DNA of 63,379 nucleotides, the filler included, from Dimargaris cristalligena (Eukaryota), in NCBI GenBank assembly GCA_003614675.1. It is 7 parts of 7 records of this genome, joined end to end, with 100 filler letters (N's around TTAATTAATTAA, not from the genome) between each part and the next. Parts side by side here need not be neighbours in the genome. Positions count along the whole stretch, not along the records: positions 45,374 to 54,326 come from ML003298.1; positions 54,427 to 63,379 come from ML003299.1; 5 more parts are not named here. The stretch is one strand, 5' to 3'. Positions 50,224-62,250 of the stretch are shown here, one piece after another. A program made the translations under genes and the position numbers. How positions within the stretch are numbered: the stretch's first letter is position 1; each line of letters begins with the position of its first letter. The notes beneath the pieces are model-generated. The model ran no database searches and was not told where the DNA came from. It was given only the letters and a program-made list of their open reading frames with translations.

Positions 50224-51823
50224 TTAGACTATCTGGCGCTTAGTTCGAGTTGAGCGACGAGGCCCTGTAGCCGATTTGAGACTGGTACCACTGCCCAATT
50301 TTCCGTTGGGTTTGCCGGTGGTCTGTAACTCATCCTTGGAAGACTTCGCTGGTGGATCGCTGGGGGATATTGCATTATCAGATTGCCTGCGCTTTTTTAG
50401 CGCCGCTGGACTACTATTTTGTTTTGTACCCAACCTCATCGAAATACGTTTGGCTCCAACCTCCTTGGCCCTTGATCCTTTGGTAGCGATAGTCTCTGTA
50501 TTGGCCGGGAGTTGTTTGGTTTTATCGGTATGATCACTCTGTGGAATGTCACCAGGCTTGGCCTTACTCTTGGAGCTTTTGCGACCCTTGGTCTGTGTGG
50601 TCTCTTCCGCGGCCGGCGGACGAACCACAGTGGGGTCCACGGGGTGCAGGCCGTATATTTCGTAGAGTTGGAAAACCGCCTGTTCTTTATCTTTGGCCTC
50701 GATCATAAGATCGACATCCGGTTCGCAGGGGGGTAAACTGACGACCCGGTCGGAATGGGCCCGGCGCTCCATCATGGTCACCGCCCCCCCGGCGTCCCTC
50801 TGAGTAATGTTGTTTGGGCCGAATACCCCGTCGCTCCCAAATGGCCCGAATAGCCGGTAGATAGCTCTCAGGGGGTTCCGGACTCGGGTTGATGTCGTCA
50901 TGATGCCAGTCCAGCACGAGCGGAATACTCAGTCGTTCACACAGGGGCATCAAGTCGGCGACCGAGTAACAAATCTCGTCATTCTCCAGTACCAAGCGGG
51001 CCTGGGCCGAAGGGCTCAGTCGCCGGAAATTGGCGGCAAACCGCTCCAGGGTGTCCGATTTGCTGCCGTACATGCCCCCCATGTGAATAATCATAACCGA
51101 GTCTGCGGGCATGTGCATGAAATCGAGGATTTGGGCGTGTTGATCGAGTTCCCAGAGGCTGTTGTCAATCACCTTGGCGCTGGGAGAGCCCAACTGGTTG
51201 AACTGGCCGGGGTGGAAAGTCAGTCGATGGCCTAACGTATTGGCTAGCTGACCAATACGCCGGAGTTCCGTCTCCGCGAAATCGATGGGGTAGCCGAGTT
51301 CGGCGTGGGACATGAACGGGAACATATCACTGGAGAGGCGAAGAAACCGAATGTGGTGGGTCTCGTTCCACCGGAGCATAGGCTCAATGTCGCGGACATT
51401 GGCCATGGCCAGGCCCTTGACGAAATTTAGCCCTTTGGTTTTTATGGTATCAAGGCGGCAGGTTCGGGAGGAGTAGATAGACGGCTTCTGCGCCCGTAGC
51501 ACAGTGTTAAGGCAGCTGGGTCATTCAATATCGCGTGAATGGGGGTGTTGGAGAAGGATATTGATATGTGGTGTTAGGAAATGTATGCTGGGATAAGATT
51601 GAAGAATATATATATACCACTGTCTAGTGGCCCTGATTCGAGTGACCGGGAAACCTGGTGGGCCTTCAACCAGGACCTAGCCTCATACGGCAGTGGTTTG
51701 CTTAGACGCGGATGCCGATGTATCAAGTTTGCGGCTACGCCTGACTTACGAAGGGTTCAATTAGTAAACGACTTACGCGTAGCCGAGCCGCCCACGAAAG
51801 TCTGTGGATTTTGACGATGACAT
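50224..51823 (-). CDS. UVE1: UV-damage endonuclease (UvdE family); exons 51823-51777 and 51515-50224, with an apparent +1 G frameshift at 50784-50790
   Basis: GRLGYAC-LNTVLR, SSRTCR, FLRLSSDMFPF, RLTFHPGQF, LVLENDE, LVLDWHH, KQHYSE; continuing in another frame GAVTMMERRAHSD and DLMIEAKDKEQAV. Confidence 0.9.
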
Positions 51824-53589
51824 TGGGGGATAGTAGATATGAACAAGTGTAACCCAGGACTCTTTGTAGGGATTGGCGTTGCTTATGTTAATGAAAAAAA
51901 AAAGGGGCACCGGTTACTTAAAATATTTAGAAAAGAAAGAAAAGGTGTATTAGGAACTACGCGGTAATTATATACACGACAATTATAGTACAGTTAGTAC
52001 GATTGGTACATCATTTTTAATGGTGTATTGGTATCTTACTTTCTTTCTGTGGGTACCTCCTCCATCGAAGTCAGCTGTAGGGTATAGTGATTGGGGGTGC
52101 GGTATTAGGCAGCGTATGAGTAGGTGGGGGACGTATCGATCCTGAAACACTTAGTGATTTCACGATGAGACTCAATTCAGTACATTTAATCCGATCCCAG
52201 AATTCTCGTTTAAATCGACACGCCTGGACTCTTGTTACGATGACGGGGAAATCAGTGGGATTATCCCGATTCAGCTTTGAAGAATGCAGCGTAAGGCCAG
52301 CTACACGAATGGTACTGTGGAAGTGGGATCCCCTGGCTCCGACCCTGGCCCAATTAATTGATGCCATGGCGAATCCTTGCCATGGACCTAACCTTTCCCA
52401 ATAGCGGGTTGTAGCACACTGGTAATTATTTATATTATTTTACACATGGTTCAATGATATCACCATACATTTATTTTTGATTATACCCATGGCCACCAAT
52501 TATATTTATAATGACAGTCCCCGCTACACTCTAACTTAAAAGCATTTTGTTGATATTTACCATATAAAAGTTGAATTCAAGTATCGGTACGGCCACTAGG
52601 CTCCTGTTTCGCAGTGCTTGGTTTAGGAATACAGGCTTGACCCGCCGGTTCTTATTCAGGGCAGCCTAGCATCGATGGAGGTGGAACCCAGCCTGAAGAA
52701 GTAGGCTTATAAATCATATTGGAGGAAGCGGGGTTAGGTGTAAGTGGAAATATTGGTAATTGTGATGGAAATTGAAATCGATTCACAAGTGGACAGCACA
52801 ATATTTGTTATAAATGATAAATATAGGTTTGTCAGGTTAGATGGCTAATTAGCAGTAGTAAACCAGTGCGACTGGATATAAGAGTCCATGTAGGTAGCTC
52901 TCTATTGGATATGTCATCCGAAATACCCTTAACCAGCACACTTACTTGATAGATACGGGTGTTTACTATAGGGGAATAATAATAAATAGTACTGGGTGCA
53001 TTATTGCTACAGGTGGGGTGCGTATATAAGGACTGATTAGATATACATAAAGTAATATAGGCTCAGGAACGAATGGGTCGAAATCTAGGCAGTCTTTATA
53101 CACATTGATGATACTGTGGGGCTGGCTATATTAGAGCACAAAAGGGGTCAGTTGGAGGATGTTGGTAGTCAGAAGACCCGTGGATATAGAGAAGTCACTA
53201 CAATACATAGTGGTCTTTATTTTAGTAAATAATATGAATATACATGGCTGAAATTGGTATCTGGATGTTATTATGAATTGTAAATTGCAATTGCTCCCAA
53301 CTATTTGAATAGGGTGGCAGGGTGGGTAAAAAGGGTAGCAAAGATGACAAGCTATTTCAAGTGTAAAGCACAACAATAGGAGGAAGGGGGAATAAAAAAT
53401 AGATATAGAAGAGTATACCAAGAATCAATGAAGAGGGTATTGGTAGTGCTCTTTGGCTTTCAATAACTTGAAGTATCAGGGAAGAGGACAGTATTACCCT
53501 TGATGGCTGCAGGGTAGGTACACAAGTTTTTAGTAATATAAATACTTCAGTAAATCCCTAAAAAATACCATTGGCAGTGAATAAGTGAC

Positions 53590-53752
53590 TAGCTTATCAC
53601 TTGGGTTCACCACTCTTAGTCCATAAAGAGTCCTGAGGATAGGCTTCTAATAGTAGGTAGGACTTAGGCTTAACTAATAAAGGTTACAGTATATATATAC
53701 AAGGGAAATGCAGTAGGTGCACTTACTAGTTAGTATATAGGGAGTGAGTATA
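53590..53752 (+). repeat. Repeat family C internal fragment
   Basis: GTCCATAAAGAGTCCTGAGGATAGGCTTCTAA...CACTTACTAGTTAGTATA matches ~16705-16905. Confidence 0.75.
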
Positions 53753-53889
53753 TGGGGTAGGTTTAACCAGACTGTATAATGAAAATCCATATTATGAGGC
53801 AAAAATTACTAGTCAAAAATGAACCACCCATTTATTTTCCCATTTGTGTATTATTCAAAATTTTATACAGCTGTACTACATTCCACCTA
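53753..53889 (-). mobile_element. MITE family A, copy 7 (reverse orientation, degenerate)
   Basis: Contains CTGTATAATGAAAATCCAT and TTTTATACAGCTG, reverse complements of the family A motifs. Confidence 0.7.
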
Positions 53890-54326
53890 TTGGCCCACCT
53901 AATCCTCCCTAAATATGGGAATACTGATCATCCCATCCAATCTTGCCTTATTGTGCCATATTACTCTTCCCTTACTATATAACCCACTATGACCAAGTGT
54001 CATGACTGATTAATTTGAGCTACAAGAATAACTAGCCATATAAGTAAAAAAACCCATACTAACAAATGGGTAAAATTAATATTTAATATTATCAGAATAT
54101 ATACCCATTATCCTACTGTGTTTTATTCCCCATATTACCTAGTTACTGATTTGTATTTATTAGTTGTCATCATTCTTCTCCTGCCCCTTGAGTTGGGATA
54201 TAACCCCAACCATTCCCCCACAGCTTGCTCTTTAGCTTACAACTTCTCTTTTGTTTTATCTTATTCTAATTATAAAGAACTGAACTCAAATCCTTGAAAA
54301 CTGAACTTTATTCAACAATATAGTGA

Positions 54327-54426
54327 NNNNNNNNNNNNNNNNNNNNNNNNNNNNNNNNNNNNNNNNNNNNTTAATTAATTAANNNNNNNNNNNNNNNNNN
54401 NNNNNNNNNNNNNNNNNNNNNNNNNN
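54327..54426. other. Artificial contig linker
   Basis: N run with TTAATTAATTAA. Confidence 0.98.
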
Positions 54427-54680
54427 TGAAAATGGAGGTAAAATAACCATACTCATCAGGGGCAGGGGCTCATTCACTCATCAGGGGCGTACTTCCGATA
54501 AGTGCAAAAAATAGATAGAAATTAAAAGTAGGTAAAAAATGTGGTAAGTTTACCACATATGACATAGGATAATCCCATAGTTTCAGGTGTGACTATGGGA
54601 AGGTTAATATGGTACTATAAGGCCTAATAGGGATGGATACTAAAGTGCCTGGATTAAGAAGGATTAGATGGTCCAATATG
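54427..54680 (+). repeat. Repeat family D end (to 54557) followed by family C 3' end
   Basis: Matches 45374-45481, then 17175-17292. Confidence 0.85.
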
Positions 54681-55326
54681 GCTGTTATTTAGATTATTAT
54701 TGTGAGAGATAGGCACCCCTTAGAATTAACTATATGTACAGGATAATAGTTCATTGTATGAGGGAATACTAATTGCCAGGAATCGGACTACTACTGTAAA
54801 CATAGGTGTTTATTAATATTTGTGAATAGTAAAACTAAATATGTACTGTTATATGTATGCCACCTTAAGCATTGTATATTCCTACTAAGTTGAAACAAAG
54901 TACTAGTTAAACCCACTTAACACTGCCATAATCTGCAATAATAATGCAAGTGTTTATATATGGGGTTGTAGTTTGGCAACATCTGGACACTGCCATCCCT
55001 TTAGTTTATGCCATATAAACGTGGCTCCTGTGCTGTGAACAGCCAATATTGGTGGCCTGATTCCTAGCCTGTTCCACAACAAGCTGTGATAAAAAAGATG
55101 GTCTAATGATTTATTATAAAATGTTAAAGATTTGAGTATATAAAGAGAAGAGAAAGGTAAGGAAACTAAAGTAAGTCAACCCATTTCTAGATACAAAAAA
55201 ACACTATATATAAGGCTTTAAGGAAACCGCATTAATATAATACTAATCATTCAAAAAATATAAACCTAGTGTAATCTACGGGTCTTTGAGAGGTCTAAGT
55301 CCCTCCAAGCTAGCTAAACAATATTC

Positions 55327-56912
55327 TTAAACGGAATATTGGGGTAGGATGTTACTTTTCTCCCACTCAGTCGCTATGATCACTGACTGGTCCAGATCCG
55401 AGGACTGGTCCTCATTGGATTGGTGGTGATGGTACACCCGCGGGGCCATGATAGGAGTTTCGAATGTACTGGGTGAAACATACAAGAAGTGAGGGTCGTG
55501 GAACAGTTTAGTACAGGCCACGGTGGGGTCAACTAGTAGAGTGGACGGTTGCTGGGGATTGGGAGTAGTAGGTGCGACGGTGCTGCTCACTATTGGGGCA
55601 GTGGCCCCGGCGGCATCATGATCACCACCCCTAGCAGTCTGCTCGGCGGCCTGGCTAAAACCAAAAGCCAGTGCACAATGGTGAACCCGGTCAGTGGCCA
55701 GAAGGCTATAGGCCGCTTTAATTTTCCCCACCAACTCGGGCAGATTATACTCCAAAGCCAGGAGGTGGGCAAAATTGGAGACATGTTGATAATTGCCTAG
55801 GCTGTGGCTGGTTTGGGCCCTTTCTAGGACATCGAGGACCCCCTCGCCGGCGTGATTCAGGATCAAAATGGTGACCAGTTCCAAGGCCACTAGGGGAGAT
55901 AAAAAGAAACGCAGGTTGGTATGGGATTTGGTAATCAACCCCTCCGGCAATTGTTGGGCGAGCTCGTAAAGGGGTTGGGCCACGCTTCGCTTAATTTCCG
56001 CCTGGGTAGTCGGGAATGACTCGGTTAGTTTCGTGAAAGCGGGTAGGGCTAAATCCACATGACGCCCTGTGACCAGGGCCAAAAGGGGGAACCACCGCAT
56101 ACGCTGCCTGAAGGTTAATTGAGTATAGTTGACGTACCGCAAGTGGGACTCTGCCTGGGTTAGAGCGGCCTGGAATTGGGAATCTAAGGCTACAGAGCGG
56201 GAGGACCCAGTCATTGGTGGGAGGATAGAGCCGGGTATACTGGGAATGCCCGGGGTATGGCGGTCTTTCGAGCGAGTGTGTTGACGACGAGGGGCTCTCG
56301 AGCCGGTGGATTTAGTTTCAAGGTCGGATTGGATACATTTATGCAGGAGCTGAATGTAAGCATTTGTGGCTTCCGCGGGTATCAATTTAGCCAAGAACTG
56401 TGGAATCAGGACGCTGCCTTCGGGCTTTTCTATATAGAGTTGTGCATATTTTTGAAGCTAATAGCCATTGGTGATCAAAAAAAAATGAATAATAATAGTA
56501 GTAACAATATGGGCGGTTATAGAATATAGTTGGGGTGGATATATAAAAAAAAAAGATTGGCATCCGTGATACTATTGAGCGCCCCCGTTGATATTCCAGA
56601 CGAAAATGACAGGGTGACTACCACCATGCCATACCAAACAGTTTCATTCTAGTGACATGTTATGCGCAGACTTACCTGTATATACTTGATTTCTGAATTA
56701 TCCAGCAACGATTGGAAATTCCGTGAGACTCGTCGAAGCCGTTGGATATCATTTAGAGCGAGGGGCTCTATCATACTGGGCCATAGCTCTGTGGGTATGT
56801 CGAGGAGGGAGATGGAAGGATGGGCATGTGTTCCGGTTTTGGTGACTAGTGCAACGAAAACAAGGCCCGATAGCCCGACCCAAGCAGATGCGGTAGACGG
56901 TAGCAGGCGCAT
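55327..56912 (-). CDS. Putative secreted protein with N-terminal F-box (~455 aa); exons 56912-56676 and 56457-55327
   Basis: Signal-peptide-like MRLLPSTASAWVGLSGLVFVALVTKTGTHA|HP, then F-box-like LLDIPTELWPSMIEPLALNDIQRLRRVSRNFQSLLD. A phase-0 GTAAGT...TAG intron joins it in frame to the 355-aa ORF. Confidence 0.75.
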
Positions 56913-58305
56913 TGTGATGGATTGCAAGTAGATAAACAACTTCGGTTCAAGGCAAACGTGGATGGGTGGGTGGTGTATAAGAATGCAAGAAAAGGGCGAT
57001 ATAGAAAACTATCTATCGAGGCTAAATTAACTTTAATATAAATGGATATAATCCAGGGCAAAACGTGAATAGCCAGACTGGGAAAGATGTGAGTGGGCTT
57101 GGTGGATACAGTCACAATTAGGGCGGGCGCTCGCTGGCTATTTATCCTTGTCATTATTATTTTTTGATTCGTATTCCAGAGAGATATAGCAATTAAATCA
57201 CGCTAAGGCACGATTCCCTCGCTACGCTATTGTTTTGACCTTTTTTCACCTACACCAACTGCTTGATATGCCAAGACTACAACTAGCCATTGAAACGCTC
57301 GTGACACAGCCTACCGGAATACTTTAATTCTATAGGTTCTGCCTTTTTCTCGATGATTATTCATACTTTGGATTGGGAAGAGGCCAACCGGAACAATGTA
57401 CGCACCGGCCGAGATGAAGCGAAGCTTTAAATGGAAGGTCCTGATATCTCAAGCTAACTAGATGGCCCCATTGGTTAGATAACATATTCTGTACCACCCA
57501 TTCGGATAGGCATTTTACCAATCGGTGGAATGTTACGGTGGTTACGAAAAGGGGAAGGAAGGGGGAGGAGGAAGGGGATTTCACCATATCGACTTGCCGT
57601 TACCTAGTCGAGTGCCGTTTTATCGCCCTCCATGTCCACGAGGCCCGATGAGGCAAAACAGGGCCATCCATTGTACTTTAGCGTACGACCTCAAGCACCG
57701 GTATAATGGAGTAGCCGTAAGGGAGAAGGTCATAAGTACACCTAGCCCCTAGCACCACATTCGCCGGTTCGGGGTTTCTCGAAGGACGGGAGAAAGATCA
57801 CGGGGGCCGTGGGCCTAGTTTTTGGGTAGGACAAGGCATTAATTACGACCAATCAGTCTTAAACTTCGGGAGTATAAGGGTACTCATCCCCTTTGCCTAT
57901 TTCTTGTACTAAAAATACGACTACGGCAATTGAGATTAGCCAATTAATTTGGACTATAGGTTCCGGTGGTGGTAGTGGTGGTGAAAAACGTGGAAACGGG
58001 GGGGCCAATTGAGGACCGTCGACGACTCGCTAATGGGGTGGGGGAGTGTGCTCGAAACGACCGGGCTGCGGTGAAGGGTACGGATGTTGTTTAATGAAGG
58101 GCAAAACAGTAGGGACAAATCGGGGAGTCCAAGGCTTTCCATACCCCATCTCTAACTGGTGTTTCAAGTCATTGGGCCTCTATCTAAGCATCCTCTCCAC
58201 AGCATGTCGCGCAGCTAACTCCCTCTAAACCAAAATGCCGGCTTATATGGCTGCCACATCACATGGGCAGTCGGCCTACATCTACGTGAGTGCGGTAGAT
58301 TAATA

Positions 58306-58443
58306 TGGGTGAACTTCAACCCAACTGTATAAGATTTTACACAATATATGTATGGGAGAATATGTGGGAGAATAACTTTTGGCCAGTAATATTTACCTCG
58401 TCAAATGGATGTTTCGTTATACAGCCTGGATGAATTTCTGCCA
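58306..58443 (+). mobile_element. MITE family A, copy 6
   Basis: TA|TGGGTGAACTTCAACCCAACTGTATAA ... TTATACAGCCTGGATGAATTTCTGCCA|TA. Confidence 0.85.
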
Positions 58444-60978
58444 TATAGAAGCATGCGACCCTACTGATAGGAAATTGGGTTGGCTTTGGCTAATTCTTCG
58501 GGAGGCCGATAGGCTGGAGAAACCCTGCATGGTTAGATTAGCCTCGGCATCGGACTCTGCAAATAATGGCAAGGACGGCAGTGGTGTGTGGGCTGGAGGG
58601 GCACCAACGACCTGCGGGCTAGCTTTAAAATTGCGACTGAAGTGGGTGGTGCCATTTAGTGTAGAGCGCCCCTCCGCCCACTTACGCCGGTCGAGCGTCC
58701 TCTCTGTTTCTCTCTCTTTCTCCCTCTTTCTTGTGCTCTCTCCTGATCCGCTGGCTTTCATTAAGCAGGCTGGGCAGTAGCGTCCTTCCCCCTCGCTGGC
58801 CAAAAGAAAAAACAAGACGGACAGTTCAGGGGAGAATAGGGACACTAAACGGAGCAGGCAGGGGAGAGGAGAGAAGGAGAGGATGGAACCCAACCATTGA
58901 GTAGATCCTACTGTCTATTTGGGACTGATTTACCCAGAGAGTGAAACCAAGGGCTGAGGAGGCGGTAAGGGTTTGGGCAGGTAAGCCAGCATTACCTTGA
59001 CAGCGGGACAGCGGAGGGGCGCGACTTGAAGAAATAATTGCCCTCCCCCCTTAGCAATATATGGGGTGGTTATTGGTAAGCGGGCCATGTTGGGGTGGGC
59101 GAAAGAGATGGTAGGGGAGAAAGGGGCGTGATGCCACTTTAGCCTCTGGTTAAACGGCGAAGTGGGATGATAAAGACGGCCTGGCCTGATTGGATCGGGG
59201 GATGATCCGCTCTTTTGGTACTAAATAGGGAATCGGAGTATGGGCGGAGTTGCCCATAGGCTGGTATATATTTACATATATTAGTGTGCGACGTCAACGC
59301 CGGCCTTTGACGAGGCGGAGATTTCCGGTTCGACCTGACGGGGTGTAGGAACGGCATCGAACGTGGTATCCGTGCGGGAATGAAGGAGGAGGAGGGGATA
59401 TCGCATGCTCATTGCCCACCTTTCAGTCAGCCAGTCAGCCCACCCAGGATGCGAAGAGAAGGGAAGGGAAGGGGGGACAGGGTGCTGTGAGTGAAGGGGA
59501 TGCAGTGCTGAATGGCTTATAGCCCACGTCAACTCTGTACACTGTGGCCTGTGTTGGAGGGGACATGCTACCTAGCGGCGTGAGATGGCAATAGTAGAAT
59601 ACCCCGCTCGTTGACCACAGCCCCCCCGTTCGGTTCGTCGGGCGGGGAGGGTGGTGTTCGACCAGCGTCTCCGCAACGATCGGAAGTTATAGCGAAGGCA
59701 GTATGATTCCCAATTACCCATGGAAGCTTGACCTTATGAGTGGTGTATGGTGTAGTCTGCCAAATATAGCCATGGTCGTCGTCAAAGATACGGGAGCAGA
59801 GATTGCCGCTCTAAATGGAACGCAGTGGTGGGCGGGAGCGATAAATGGGTATCCATTTTGGCAAAGATCGTCACTCTCTAAGGCCCGCTCCAGTGTAGTT
59901 CCCATCTCCGCGGCCCATTCACTGTCCATCCCAATGGCTTTTATATTATATCATACAGGAAAATTCCCTCATCATCGTTCCATGACATTTGGCAGTATTA
60001 AAGCCGCCTTGTTTGCGCTGCAGCGGGTTTCTCCAATGAAGCTGCCTTTTGCGTCCGTACTTTTTATATAGATTTATATATATATATATATATCTCGATT
60101 TATTTGCATACTGGTCCAGCCGATACTTCGTCTGTCCTATACCCGTATTAACCAACTGCCTCGTTTGACGGCATTGTGTCCCGAGCTGTATTTCCTTATT
60201 GCTATTGCATCCTGTCACGTAAACCACCCGTTCCGCCGCCCCGTTCTACAGCTCGGCGGCTTCTGTCGCTGTACGGGTCTAGTCAAGTCGAGCGGCCAGC
60301 GCAAGCTATACATAATTGTATCTATCCAGCTTCCCCTGCTTCCAGCCTCCCCTGCCTTTTACCTCTGCCTTGTGTTGCACGCTCCCCTGTTCTCTCTTCC
60401 TTCTCTTTACTTTACTTTAGTTTCCTTTCCTATTATCTCGCTTTGCTAGACTCTTTTTTTCTTCTTGCCGACGGCTGCTGAGTACGCTTCGTTAGGCTTA
60501 GCGTACCCGCCCTTCCACCTTGCTCCACTGCCCTCCGGCGGTTTCGGTTGAGGTTTCGCCCGACTTAGTCCACTCGGCCCTTAAACCGCGGAACTTGAAA
60601 CGGCTCTTTCACCGTCGTTGCCAAGCCACAGCGGTGCTTGGCATTGCTCTATTTTGCCAGCCTTCCTGTGCCACCTCTTTTTCTAAGCCTATTCATTGCC
60701 TTTATATACATCTGGTACTACCCCCCTCTTTTTTCCTCTCACACACCTCCTATTTGGTACCTGGATTTGTGAATAGTACGGAGTTACCTCGCTCTTTTTC
60801 CCGTTCCTGATAGTCGCCCTCTCCCACACGTATTGGCCCATAGTAGTCCACGCCCATTCGCACGCTTGCGCTATTTTAAATATATACATATCACTATCAC
60901 TAGCTGATAACCCGCTGCCCTATCACGTCGTTTATTTATTAGGCACCCCCTCCTCTATACCCGCGGCCTGCCTCCACC

Positions 60979-62250
60979 ATGTCTCTCTTGGCCCCTCACC
61001 TCACCTGTCTCGCCCGACACCTAGAAAAGGCCCCCCGCCAGGTGAGCCGCGCGGAACTGTTCCGCCTGGGTGCCGCCGGCTTCTTCCTGTTTGCCGTGGC
61101 CTATTTCATGGTGTTTATGCAGATATTCTCCGACCGTCGCTGGCGTCGCGAGGCCCCCAAGCTGGAGGACCTGTCATTTGACTACTTTCCCCACTATCCC
61201 AATTTCCATATTGCCGACAATCTGGTGTTATCGTCGCTGCTGTTCGTCATCGTCGGCAATATGGTGCTTATCCAGCACTGGCGGGACCGGGTCATTTTCA
61301 TGCGCCGACTCATGTGGCTGTTGGGCATTCTTTACTTCTTCCGGGGCTTCACCCTCATCGTGACCACCGCCCCCAGCCCCCTGGAGTGTATTCCACCCAC
61401 CGCCCACTCCACCATGGAAATGCTCAAGCTGGGGCTGGAGCTGGTGGCCACCGTGTCGCGCACTTGCTCTGATAATATCTACTCGGGACACACCGTCATT
61501 TTGTCCAGCAGTTTCCTCATGTGGCGCATCCACTCCCGCCACACCGCTATTATCGTCTTTTCCGCCCTCCACACCACTTTGGGCATTCTCATGATTCTGC
61601 TCAGCCATCTTCACTACACCATTGATGTGCTGATTGCCATTTTCTTCACCTACGCCGTGTTCAGCCTCTATTTCTACGGTCTCGAGAGGGCCTCCCTATA
61701 CCACCACGGGCTATTGCCCTACAGCCACTCGTTCCCGGGCCGCCCCCGCTCGAGTGTATGGAAACGGTGCCCGGGCGATGACACCGACTCCCTGTCGTCT
61801 CCCACCTCTACCAGCACCACCGCAACTGCGAACGCCACCGTCACGGTAGTGACTTCCATGGCCACCCCTGCCGACACCCGACTTCCCGAACCTCTATCGG
61901 CCGTCATCGTGAGTGACAAGTACGAGGCCCCCCTGGGGGGAAGGGGCAGCAGTGGAGGGGGTCATCATCATCATCAGCAGCTACACGCCGTCCCCTCACC
62001 CCCCCTTACCGGTGACAGTGCCTCCAGCAACGGCGGGTTCGATGAGAAAATGGGCTACAGCTACTCCCCCGAACTCAGTGTTCACGAATGGCAGCGGGCC
62101 ATGTTTACTCCGCGGGTGCTTAATAACGGCATTCCCCGGCTAATTGGCTGGATGGACGGCCTGGACTTGCGGTTGCCCAACCACCGCTTGACCATGAGCG
62201 GGGACCGCCATTCGGTGGAATACTGTCCCCTCGCCCACTCTCCCATGTAA
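60979..62250 (+). CDS. Sphingomyelin-synthase-family (PAP2_C) ceramide phosphotransferase
   Basis: About 6 TM helices; motifs PKLEDLSFDYFP, RR...LYFFRGFTLIVTTAPSP, TCSDNIYSGHT and HLHYTIDVLIA correspond to SMS D1-D4, with catalytic His/His/Asp. Confidence 0.88.
   Translation: MSLLAPHLTCLARHLEKAPRQVSRAELFRLGAAGFFLFAVAYFMVFMQIFSDRRWRREAPKLEDLSFDYFPHYPNFHIADNLVLSSLLFVIVGNMVLIQHWRDRVIFMRRLMWLLGILYFFRGFTLIVTTAPSPLECIPPTAHSTMEMLKLGLELVATVSRTCSDNIYSGHTVILSSSFLMWRIHSRHTAIIVFSALHTTLGILMILLSHLHYTIDVLIAIFFTYAVFSLYFYGLERASLYHHGLLPYSHSFPGRPRSSVWKRCPGDDTDSLSSPTSTSTTATANATVTVVTSMATPADTRLPEPLSAVIVSDKYEAPLGGRGSSGGGHHHHQQLHAVPSPPLTGDSASSNGGFDEKMGYSYSPELSVHEWQRAMFTPRVLNNGIPRLIGWMDGLDLRLPNHRLTMSGDRHSVEYCPLAHSPM

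Noticed and set aside
2445-56912. Apparent ubiquitin-system cluster (RING E3, SUMO, TRIM37-like, VHS-GAT, F-box)
   Set aside because: The genes are on different contigs; only SUMO and TRIM37-like are real neighbours.
10052-58443. Family A repeat as a CRISPR-like array or guide-RNA system
   Set aside because: Copies are dispersed, have TIR/TSD structure, contain no unique spacers and have no adjacent nuclease ORF.
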